A DNA stretch of 64,000 bases. It comes from a bacterium (GTDB lineage: Bacteria; Hinthialibacterota; Hinthialibacteria; Hinthialibacterales; Hinthialibacteraceae). Location of the stretch: assembly GCA_963662285.2 (NCBI GenBank), contig CAXXMV010000002.1, forward strand, positions 1,248,001 to 1,312,000, given 5' to 3'. The translations under genes and the position numbers were made by a program. Below are positions 10,098 to 18,476 of the stretch, one piece after another; position 1 is the stretch's first letter; each line of letters opens with the position of its first letter. The notes under the pieces were generated by a model that saw only the letters and a list, made by a program, of their open reading frames with translations, was not told the DNA's origin and ran no database searches.

Positions 10098-11857
10098 ATC
10101 AGACAATGAATGACAATAATAAACATGACATGCGTTGGTATTCCACTGTCAGGGGAATCGCCGTTGTTTCAGGCGTCTTCTCTCTGATTGTAGCTGGTTT
10201 GCTTATGCAAAACTACATAGCCGATCAGCGGGGGCTTCCAGAGAAAGAAGCCCTCTATTCAGCAAAACTGGTGCAGCAGAAAGAACTGCTCAGCCAAAAT
10301 CCGCGTAGTGAAGAGATAAAAAATGAGCTGCGGGGCCTGGACCTTGAACTAAGACAGGGATATTTCCAGCGCAAGGCTTTCGCCCGGCGGGGAAAGTATC
10401 TTCTTCTGGTAAGCATCGCGGTTTTCTTGCTGGCCATGAAAAAAGCAATATCCCTGAAGCAGGCGCTGGCGATGCTCGAACCTGAATTCCGGGATCAGGA
10501 TATCGAAGCGAAAAGCAGGATGCAGGCGCGATGGGCGGTGGGTATGCTTGGAATTATCATAGTCGGCGGCATCCTGGCTTTGGCTTTCACGCCCGGAATT
10601 GAACTGGTCTCTACTCCTATAGATTCAGGTGAAGATTCTACTCCTCCTCAACCGGAATATCCCACTGATGAAGAGTATCAAAATAACTGGCCTATATTCC
10701 GTGGTCATGGTGGGATGGGGATTTCCACTCATAGCGATGCGCCTACATCCTGGAATGGAGAGAACGGTGAAGGCATCCTGTGGAAAACCAAGACGCTGCT
10801 GCCGGGTAACAACTCTCCCATCGTCTGGGGTGACCGGATATTCATTTCTGGAGCCAATGAGACGGAAAAAGTGGTTTATTGCTATTCAACCGATTCCGGC
10901 GAACTGCTGTGGCAAGAACGGGTTGAAACGCCCCAAAGCACTGCTGCCAAAGATGATCTACAGATTTTTGAAGATACTGGTTATGCGGCTTCCACCATGG
11001 CTTGTGATGGCTCGCGGGTCTATGCGGTGTTCATTGATGGCGATATCGCCTGTTTCGATTTAGAAGGGCGTAGAGTCTGGGTAAAAAACCTGGGAATACC
11101 GGATAGTATTTACGGGTATGCAACCTCTCTTGTGGTGTATAATACTCTTGTGTTGGTGCAATACGACCAGGGCGAAGCCGATGACGACAAATCGGCGCTC
11201 TTTGCCCTGGAAGGAAAAACCGGGCAGATCGTATGGCGCAAGCAACGGCCTGTCGCCAATACATGGACCTCTCCGATTCTTATCGATACCGGCGCAGGAA
11301 AGCAATTTGTTACATGCTCAGAACCGTGGGTGATCGCCTATGATCCCGACACGGGAGATGAACTCTGGAAAGCCCAGCTGATGGGCGTGGATCTCGCCCC
11401 TTCTCCTATCTATGCCAATGGTTTGGTCTTCGTGATTCAGCCCAACGAAACATTGTTCGCAATCCGCCCTGATGGCCGGGGGGATGTGACGGAAACTCAT
11501 GTGGCTTGGACCGTCGATTGCATTGCGCCTGACATTTGCAGCCCGGTAAGCAACGGGAAACTGATCTTCCTGCTTACCACGCCAGGCGTTCTCACATGCT
11601 ACGACGCGACCAGCGGCGATATGATCTGGGAGCATGAAATGGATGACGCATTTCAGTCGTCTCCCAGTATTGCGGGGGAGTGGATTTATCTGTTAAGCGA
11701 AGAAGGCGTGACATACCGGATCAAAGCCTCTGACAAGTACGAGGAAGCCGAAAGCAAATCCTATTTGGACGAATGGCTGAAAGCCTCACCCGCCTTCATG
11801 GATGGCCGGATATTTATTCGAGGCGATATGCATTTGTACGGCATCGGGGAAAAATGA
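10094..11857 (+). CDS. PQQ-binding-like beta-propeller fused to an N-terminal 3-TM domain
   Basis: ATGA overlap at 10094; three hydrophobic helices, then NWPIFRG...GNNSPIVWGDRIF...SPAFMDGRIFIRG. Confidence 0.85.
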   Translation: MNQTMNDNNKHDMRWYSTVRGIAVVSGVFSLIVAGLLMQNYIADQRGLPEKEALYSAKLVQQKELLSQNPRSEEIKNELRGLDLELRQGYFQRKAFARRGKYLLLVSIAVFLLAMKKAISLKQALAMLEPEFRDQDIEAKSRMQARWAVGMLGIIIVGGILALAFTPGIELVSTPIDSGEDSTPPQPEYPTDEEYQNNWPIFRGHGGMGISTHSDAPTSWNGENGEGILWKTKTLLPGNNSPIVWGDRIFISGANETEKVVYCYSTDSGELLWQERVETPQSTAAKDDLQIFEDTGYAASTMACDGSRVYAVFIDGDIACFDLEGRRVWVKNLGIPDSIYGYATSLVVYNTLVLVQYDQGEADDDKSALFALEGKTGQIVWRKQRPVANTWTSPILIDTGAGKQFVTCSEPWVIAYDPDTGDELWKAQLMGVDLAPSPIYANGLVFVIQPNETLFAIRPDGRGDVTETHVAWTVDCIAPDICSPVSNGKLIFLLTTPGVLTCYDATSGDMIWEHEMDDAFQSSPSIAGEWIYLLSEEGVTYRIKASDKYEEAESKSYLDEWLKASPAFMDGRIFIRGDMHLYGIGEK

Positions 11858-11895
11858 TTTCCGGTTAAGCGCGATTCTATAAATAAGCGAACTTA

Positions 11896-14307
11896 ATGAC
11901 TCAACAATCCTCTATTAGGAACACGTTATTGCCAATGGATAGTATGATAGATCAAAATACCATAAATCTGAATCAGGCGGTTGATCAAGCAGTCGCGCAT
12001 CATGGCCGCGATTCGGAAGCGGTTATACCGATTCTGCAAGAGTTGCAGAAGCAATTCCGCTATCTGCCTGAAGACGCCTTGCGCAGAGTGTGCGAGATTA
12101 CAGATATCACCCCTGCTGACTTGACCGGAGTGTCTACGTTTTTTGATCAGTTTCGCCATCGTCCGGTAGGGCGTCATATGATTAGCGTCTGTCATGGAAC
12201 CGCGTGTCACGTAAAAGGCGCAGACCGGATCACCGAAGCGATACAACGCCATTTGGGGCTTGATGACGATAATGACACTGACGTCGATGCATGTTTCACC
12301 CTTCAAAAAGTGGCTTGCCTGGGATGCTGCACGCTGGCGCCAGCCGTTCAGATTGATGATGTGACCTATGGGCACATGCTCCCTGAGCGGACGCCCCGTA
12401 TGCTGATGGATTTTCTCGAACTCAAAAAACAAAATCCATCAACGCCAGTCAATAAATCTTCGCTCCATAATGGCGGTAGCGCCGGTGAACTCAGGATCAG
12501 CCTGGGGTCTTGCTGCGTCGCCAGAGGCAGCGGCAAGATACTTGAGGCGCTTGAGGAAGTCATGCTGCGATACGGCATTCAAGCCAACGTCAAACCGGTC
12601 GGGTGCGTCGGTATGTGTCATCAGACGCCGCTTCTGGAAGTGATCCCCCCGGAAGGCGACGCCCACTTTTACGCCCGTGTTCTTCCCGAAGACGCGGAAG
12701 CCATTCTGCTAAACCATTTCAAGCCGCAGAGTTATTTCAAAAAACTACAGGGATCGATTTCAAGAACCTTGAACTTTCTTTTGACTGGAGAATCACAACA
12801 TCCTATTAGTCAGCGAATGATTCATCTTCAGGATGAGCCGGTCGCTGCTTTTCTTCATAAACAACAACATATTGCCACGGCCTACAGTGGACAACTCGAT
12901 CCCACCGATCTTGATGAATACAGAAGCCATGACGGCTTCACCGCTCTCGAACAGGCCATACAAAGTTCTACGCCGGAAGAGATAATCGCCCGTATCACGG
13001 CCAGTGGTCTGAGAGGCCGGGGCGGCGCCGGTTATCTGACCGGCCTTAAATGGTCCAAAGTTCAACAGACCGCTGAGCAAACACGGTATGTGATATGCAA
13101 TGGCGATGAAGGCGACCCTGGAGCATTTATGGATCGCATGCTGATGGAGTCATACCCTTATCGCGTTATTGAGGGGATGATCATCGCCGCTTATGCAGTT
13201 GGCGCTCAACAAGGCTATTTCTATATACGTGCCGAGTATCCCCTGGCGGTGAGCAGAATCAAGCAAGCCTTGAAGCAATGTCGGGAGCATGGACTGCTGG
13301 GTGAGCGGATATTGGGCAGCGCGTTTAACTTTGATCTAGAGATCAAGGAGGGGGCGGGCGCTTTTGTCTGTGGAGAAGAATCTGCATTGATTGCTTCAAT
13401 CGAAGGTCAGCGGGGAATGCCCCGGCTTCGACCCCCATATCCTGCTGAATGTGGTCTTCGGGAAAAACCGACTTTAGTGAATAACGTTGAAACCTGCACG
13501 CTTATCCCGGCTATCTTGCGTGACGGCCAGGAGACATTTCTCTCGCTGGGCACAAAATCGAGCGCGGGAACCAAAGTCTTTTCATTAGCAGGAAAAGTGG
13601 TTCGGGGTGGATTGATTGAAGTGCCGATGGGCATCAGTTTAAGAGAATTAGTGGAAGAGATCGGCGGGGGAGTGCGGGAAGGAAGGCGTTTCAAAGCTAT
13701 CCAGGTGGGCGGCCCTTCAGGCGGCTGCATCCCGGCGGAACAGACCGATGTCCCCATTGATTACGAATCGCTCTCCAGTCATGGAGCGATCATGGGATCA
13801 GGCGGTCTGGTCGTACTCGACGATGAAGATTGCATGGTGGATATGGCGCGGTATTTTCTGGAATTCACCCGGGAACAGTCATGCGGCAAATGCACATTCT
13901 GCCGGGTCGGTTCATTGCGGATGTTGGACATTCTCGAAAAACTTTGTGAGGGAAAAGCATCCCGTGGCGATTTGGAAAAACTGGAATCCTTGGCTGGTTT
14001 GGTTCAGCAGGGCAGCCTCTGCGGGCTGGGCAAGACGGCGCCTAATCCAGTGTTAACTACTCTCAGGCATTTTCGCAGTGAATACGAAGCTCATCTTGAG
14101 GGACGGTGTCCGGCTGGCAGGTGCCGTTCCTTGATTACATATTCCATAACCAGTGAATGCGTGGGCTGTACGCTTTGCGCTCAGAATTGTCCGACGCAGG
14201 CCATTGCCGTGAAGCCTTATGAACGGCAGGTGATTGATGTAGACCGTTGCGTCCGGTGCGGCGCGTGTCTCAATGTGTGCCCGGTTCAGGCAGTCAGGAA
14301 GGAATAG
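11896..14307 (+). CDS. fused HydC/NuoE + HydB/NuoF-like NAD(H)/FMN Fe-S flavoprotein
   Basis: NuoE motifs CHGTAC and CLGCC; second thioredoxin-like [2Fe-2S] domain (GSCC...GCVGMC); GLRGRGGAG, CNGDEGDPGAFMDR, GAGAFVCGEE, SCGKCTFC, SLCGLG, HLEGRCPAGRC; C-terminal 2x[4Fe-4S]. Confidence 0.9.
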   Translation: MTQQSSIRNTLLPMDSMIDQNTINLNQAVDQAVAHHGRDSEAVIPILQELQKQFRYLPEDALRRVCEITDITPADLTGVSTFFDQFRHRPVGRHMISVCHGTACHVKGADRITEAIQRHLGLDDDNDTDVDACFTLQKVACLGCCTLAPAVQIDDVTYGHMLPERTPRMLMDFLELKKQNPSTPVNKSSLHNGGSAGELRISLGSCCVARGSGKILEALEEVMLRYGIQANVKPVGCVGMCHQTPLLEVIPPEGDAHFYARVLPEDAEAILLNHFKPQSYFKKLQGSISRTLNFLLTGESQHPISQRMIHLQDEPVAAFLHKQQHIATAYSGQLDPTDLDEYRSHDGFTALEQAIQSSTPEEIIARITASGLRGRGGAGYLTGLKWSKVQQTAEQTRYVICNGDEGDPGAFMDRMLMESYPYRVIEGMIIAAYAVGAQQGYFYIRAEYPLAVSRIKQALKQCREHGLLGERILGSAFNFDLEIKEGAGAFVCGEESALIASIEGQRGMPRLRPPYPAECGLREKPTLVNNVETCTLIPAILRDGQETFLSLGTKSSAGTKVFSLAGKVVRGGLIEVPMGISLRELVEEIGGGVREGRRFKAIQVGGPSGGCIPAEQTDVPIDYESLSSHGAIMGSGGLVVLDDEDCMVDMARYFLEFTREQSCGKCTFCRVGSLRMLDILEKLCEGKASRGDLEKLESLAGLVQQGSLCGLGKTAPNPVLTTLRHFRSEYEAHLEGRCPAGRCRSLITYSITSECVGCTLCAQNCPTQAIAVKPYERQVIDVDRCVRCGACLNVCPVQAVRKE

Positions 14308-14309
14308 GG

Positions 14310-15890
14310 ATGGTTCGAGTAATCATAGATAGACAGGAAATCGATATGCCGGATGGCGCCACGATTCTCGATGCGGCATGCAAATTGGGAATTTCCATCC
14401 CCACCATGTGCTTTCTCGAAGGGAGGAAGCCACAGACGTCCTGTATGGTTTGCCTGGTGAAGACCCGGAATCCAGACCGGCTGGTTCCCGCCTGCGGCAC
14501 TCCGGTGCATGATGGTTTGGAAGTAGAAAGCGAAACGGAAGAAGTCCATCAAGCCAGAAAGGCCGCGCTGGAACTCTTGTTGAGCGAACACGTCGGAGAA
14601 TGTCTGGCGCCTTGTCATACCATCTGTCCTGCCGGGATGAATGTCCCCCGTATGATTCGACAGATAGAAGCAGGAGAAATGGCGCAAGCCATCTGTACGG
14701 TCAAAGCGGATCTGGCGCTGCCTGCCGTGTTAGGCCGGATTTGCGAGGCGCCGTGTGAGAACGGTTGTCGTCGAAAGGCTCATGATGACGCCGTGTCGAT
14801 CTGTTTGCTTGAACGTCATGTCGCAGACTGGGACCTGGCGCAAGATGAATCCTACTTGCCCCCATGCAAGCCGGATCAGAACAAGCGGGTAGCCATAGTG
14901 GGCGCCGGTCCAGCCGGATTGGCGGCGGCGTATCAGCTCCAGCAGGAAGGCTATGGATGCACGGTATTCGATGATCATGACCAGCCGGGAGGCAGCCTGC
15001 GGTATGAGGTTTCAGAGAGTGTTCTTTCCCGTGATGTTCTTCAGGCTGAAATCGGATTGATCGGGAAAATCGGCGTACGGTTTCTTATGGAGACGCGGAT
15101 TGGCGACCAGCTTTCTTTCGAGGATTTGCAGAGAGATTATGATGCCGTGCTTGTAACGGCAGGGGCGGTTCAACCAGATGCTGCTGAGGAATGGACGCGG
15201 ATTTTTGGACCGGGTGGAATCGAAGCGGATAGGAAAACATTCGAAACCCGCTTGCCGGGAGTCTTTGCCGCAGGCAGCGTACTTCGTCCTGAAAAGTATG
15301 CTGTGCGAGCGCTTGCCCAGGGCAAGAAGGCTGCTTTTTCCATAGCGCAGTATCTTAGCGGTGAACCTGTCACTGGTTATGCCAAAGAATTCACCACCAG
15401 CATCGGTAAGTTGACTGAAAGAGAGATGGATTGCTTCCTCTCGCTTGCCAGCCCGGTCGGACAGGTTGTTCCTGCCAATGGAATCGAAGAGGGCTTGCAA
15501 GAAAACGAGGCCCGCGAGGAAGCCATGCGCTGCTGCAAGTGCGGTTGCGACAGTCCATCTGACTGTAAATTAAGACTATACTCCGCCGCTTATGATGCGC
15601 GGCCGGGTCGGTTCAAAGGAGAGCGTAAGGAATTCTTGACGCTGCTTCAGCACCCAAACGTAATACACAACCCGGGTAAATGCATCCTATGCGGATTATG
15701 CATACAAATCACGAAGGATGCTGCTGAAGAACTTGGTCTGGCTTTCGCGGGTCGTGGATTTGAGGTAAAGGTTGTCGTGCCGTTTGGCGGTTCGATGAAA
15801 GACGGGTTAGCCCGTGTTGCATCGGAATGCGTCGAGGCATGTCCAACTGGAGCATTAGTTTTCAAAGAAGAAGATGATTGCCGCGAATAG
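14310..15890 (+). CDS. NuoG/HydA-N-terminal Fe-S domain + GltD/NfnB-like FAD/Fe-S domain + C-terminal 2x[4Fe-4S] (StnC/NsoC-like, shortened)
   Basis: ATG 14310; IPTMC..SCMVC..LVPAC [2Fe-2S]; APCHTICP and LGRICEAPCENGC; VAIVGAGPAG; C-terminal KCILCGLC and ECVEACPTGAL. Confidence 0.85.
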   Translation: MVRVIIDRQEIDMPDGATILDAACKLGISIPTMCFLEGRKPQTSCMVCLVKTRNPDRLVPACGTPVHDGLEVESETEEVHQARKAALELLLSEHVGECLAPCHTICPAGMNVPRMIRQIEAGEMAQAICTVKADLALPAVLGRICEAPCENGCRRKAHDDAVSICLLERHVADWDLAQDESYLPPCKPDQNKRVAIVGAGPAGLAAAYQLQQEGYGCTVFDDHDQPGGSLRYEVSESVLSRDVLQAEIGLIGKIGVRFLMETRIGDQLSFEDLQRDYDAVLVTAGAVQPDAAEEWTRIFGPGGIEADRKTFETRLPGVFAAGSVLRPEKYAVRALAQGKKAAFSIAQYLSGEPVTGYAKEFTTSIGKLTEREMDCFLSLASPVGQVVPANGIEEGLQENEAREEAMRCCKCGCDSPSDCKLRLYSAAYDARPGRFKGERKEFLTLLQHPNVIHNPGKCILCGLCIQITKDAAEELGLAFAGRGFEVKVVVPFGGSMKDGLARVASECVEACPTGALVFKEEDDCRE

Positions 15891-15921
15891 AAATTCAAAG
15901 ATGAAATTCATCACAAATAGG

Positions 15922-17466
15922 TTATTTTGTTTGATACCAATGGCGGTTGTCTTGCGCCAGGAGAGCGGCTGATTCTGCTGGGCCGCTGCTGTCTTTTTCG
16001 TAGGATGATATTGGTAAAGACTTATCGTTTTCTATTGAATCAAGAATCGGGTCGATGAATTCCCAGGCCTTTTCGATAGAATCCTTGCGGGCGAATAGAG
16101 TCTGCTCTCTCCGGACGCAATCCAATAATAATTTTTCATAGGCTTCGGCTGATCGTTTTTGGAATCCGGCGGTGTATTGGAAATTCATATTGACATTGCC
16201 GATGCTGAGTGAGTCGCCCGGTTCTTTACATACAAACCGCATGGAAATTCCTTCGTCGGGCTGAATGCGAATCAACAAAACATTGGGATCGATCATCTGG
16301 CAAACTTCTTCGCGTCCAAACAGGCAAAAAGGAATGGTTTTGTAATGAATGGCGATTTCGGTCGAACGGGGATGCAAGGCTTTACCCGCCCGAAGGTAAA
16401 AAGGCGTTCCCTGCCAACGCCAATTGTCGATCATCACTTTCATGGCGGCGAAAGTCGGCGTGCGCGATTCTGCGGGGATGCCTTCTTCATTCAGGTAGCC
16501 GGAATATTGCCCGCAAACCACGTTGGTTTTAATATTGGCGCCGGAGAGAGGACGAATACTCCGTAATAAATGGTGTTTTTGATCGCGGATATCATCGGCC
16601 TTGAATGTAACCGGCGCCTCCATAGCGCATAATGATAATAATTCCAGCAAGTGATTTTGAACGACGTCGCGGAAGACTCCAGTGTTGTCGTAAAAATTGC
16701 CCCGTCCCTCGATACCAATATCTTCTAATGCCGTGATTTGAACGTGATCAATATATTTCCGGTTCCATAGCGGTTCAAAGATCGAATTGCCAAAGCGGAA
16801 GACCAGAATATTCTGAACCGTCTCTTTGCCCAGATAATGATCGATGCGGAAAACCTGGTCTTCGTTCATTATTTCCGTAATGGTTTGGTTGAGTTGTTGG
16901 GCTGAAGACAAATTCCGGCCAAATGGTTTTTCAACGATAATACGAGACCACGGTTGTTTTGAGTGTGGATTATGTTTTTGGATTAAACCTGCTTGCGACA
17001 GATTGGTGATAATAGTCGAGAAGACATTGGAGGGCGTGGAAAAATAGAATATGCGGTTGCCTTTGGTTCCAAGTTCGAGGTCAATTTTGTCTAGTTGTTT
17101 TTTTAGGTTGATATAGGTTTCTTCTTTATGTACATCACCACTCATGCAAAACAGTGATTGCGAGAGACGATCCAAGGTAGCATTATCAATCGGTTGAGAG
17201 CGGGAAAATTTGGTTACGGATTCCCGGTGCAAAGCGCGGAAATCGTCGATCGATGACATGCTGCGGCTGACTCCCATGATTGCGAAAGGGGCTTGCAGGC
17301 AATTATCGTGTAGCAGGTTGTAGATAGCCGGGACCAATTTCCGTTTGGCTAAATCACCGGAGCCGCCGAAAATAATCATGATGAATGGTTCATCGTTTTG
17401 TTGGTTCATTACCAGGTCTATTTGGGTTGATTGGTTATTTAAATTCTGGTCTGACATTTTTATCAC
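15922..17466 (-). CDS. zwf: glucose-6-phosphate 1-dehydrogenase
   Basis: IFGGSGDLAKRKL, VEKPFG, RIDHYLGKE, RDVVQNHLL, RWQGTPFYLRAGK. Confidence 0.97.
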   Translation of the reverse strand: MIKMSDQNLNNQSTQIDLVMNQQNDEPFIMIIFGGSGDLAKRKLVPAIYNLLHDNCLQAPFAIMGVSRSMSSIDDFRALHRESVTKFSRSQPIDNATLDRLSQSLFCMSGDVHKEETYINLKKQLDKIDLELGTKGNRIFYFSTPSNVFSTIITNLSQAGLIQKHNPHSKQPWSRIIVEKPFGRNLSSAQQLNQTITEIMNEDQVFRIDHYLGKETVQNILVFRFGNSIFEPLWNRKYIDHVQITALEDIGIEGRGNFYDNTGVFRDVVQNHLLELLSLCAMEAPVTFKADDIRDQKHHLLRSIRPLSGANIKTNVVCGQYSGYLNEEGIPAESRTPTFAAMKVMIDNWRWQGTPFYLRAGKALHPRSTEIAIHYKTIPFCLFGREEVCQMIDPNVLLIRIQPDEGISMRFVCKEPGDSLSIGNVNMNFQYTAGFQKRSAEAYEKLLLDCVRREQTLFARKDSIEKAWEFIDPILDSIENDKSLPISSYEKDSSGPAESAALLAQDNRHWYQTK

Positions 17467-17484
17467 CTATTGGTAATTCATCTT

Positions 17485-18300
17485 TCAGCGCCATATTGTT
17501 ATTCCCGAAGTGGTGGAGCGCAACTGATACAAACCAGTCCGGGCTGCAATAAACAAGGTTTTATAATCATATCCCCCAAAAGCCAGGTTGGCAGGTCGTT
17601 GAGGCAATTGGACGGTCTCTATTCGATTGCCAGCGGGATCAAAAATCACCACGCCTTCGGTTGATGCGACGTATAGGCAACCATTGATATCAACTTTCAT
17701 ACCATCAGGGCGACCGACAGGGGCGAATACCCGACCGTCGCTAATGTCACCATTGGGCGAAACACGGTAAATCATAACCAGTTCTTTTTCTGTATCAGCG
17801 ATGTAGATTTCCGTCTCATCCGGGTTCAGCGCCAAGCCATTGGGTTTATTGAAATCCTCTGATAACAGGACTGGCGTTTCACCGGGAGTTACTCGAAAAA
17901 CGCCATTGAATGATAGTTCTTTTTGGTGTTCTTCTATGCCATAGGGCGGATCGGTGAAATAGATAACGCCATCGGAGCGCACTATACAATCATTGGGGCT
18001 GTTAAGGCGTTTGCCATTATACTGTTCGACTACAGGGATTATGGCGCCTTTGGGATCAGTCATGCTGACGCGGCGGTTGGCGTGTTCGCAGGCCAGCAGG
18101 TTTCCCATACGGTCAAAGGCTAATCCATTGGATTGTCCGGTCTCTGAACGCCAGACGGATACGCCATCATTTTCATTGAACCGGTAAATCTTGCTTTCGG
18201 GGATATCACTGAATAGCAGGTAGCCATCCTTATGCCAGGTTGGACCTTCGGTGAAAGTGAATTGGTCTGTGATTAGTTTTAGTTCTGATAAGATAGTCAT
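17485..18300 (-). CDS. SMP-30/gluconolactonase/LRE family protein
   Basis: FTEGPTW, LNSPND, YFTDPPYG, PNGLA, PDGMKVD; co-oriented immediately upstream of zwf. Confidence 0.9.
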   Translation of the reverse strand: MTILSELKLITDQFTFTEGPTWHKDGYLLFSDIPESKIYRFNENDGVSVWRSETGQSNGLAFDRMGNLLACEHANRRVSMTDPKGAIIPVVEQYNGKRLNSPNDCIVRSDGVIYFTDPPYGIEEHQKELSFNGVFRVTPGETPVLLSEDFNKPNGLALNPDETEIYIADTEKELVMIYRVSPNGDISDGRVFAPVGRPDGMKVDINGCLYVASTEGVVIFDPAGNRIETVQLPQRPANLAFGGYDYKTLFIAARTGLYQLRSTTSGITIWR

Positions 18301-18326
18301 GGTTAGTATATTGTGATTTATATATC

Positions 18327-18360
18327 ACCCTCACTCTAGCCTTTCTCGCGGAAGGGGGGG
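18327..18360. repeat. degenerate copy of CCCTCACC..CTCTC..GGGAGAGG repeat family
   Basis: CCCTCACTCTAGCCTTTCTCGCGGAAGGGGGG resembles the copies at 49221 and 52378. Confidence 0.5.
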
Positions 18361-18379
18361 TGAGATACGTAGGTGATCT

Positions 18380-18438
18380 CATCAAGGGCTGACCGCAATG
18401 CGGTCTTGCCCTTGCCACCCGCCTTACCCTTGGCGCCC
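18380..18438. repeat. palindromic dispersed repeat (CAAGGG...CCCTTG family), copy 1
   Basis: 18380-18420 matches 48130-48170 at 39/41 nt; followed by a second half-site TACCCTTGGCGCCC. Confidence 0.85.
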
Positions 18439-18476
18439 GCGTCTGACATTGATGTTTTATCTCTTTCATAACTGAA

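Noticed and set aside
2682-11857. PQQ-dependent dehydrogenases or bamB
   Set aside because: Only generic propeller repeats are visible; no quinoprotein active-site features recognised, no pqq genes and no bam context.
11896-15890. Respiratory complex I (nuoEFG) or [FeFe]-hydrogenase
   Set aside because: No other nuo subunits, and no H-cluster or NiFe motifs; the NuoG-like subunit carries a GltD-type insert instead.
14310-15890. Glutamate synthase small subunit gltD
   Set aside because: No gltB nearby, extra Fe-S domains are present and the NADPH domain appears missing.
6883-15890. Selenocysteine read-through in the redox genes
   Set aside because: TGA stops coincide with next-gene starts or complete domains; none sits at a Cys-motif position.
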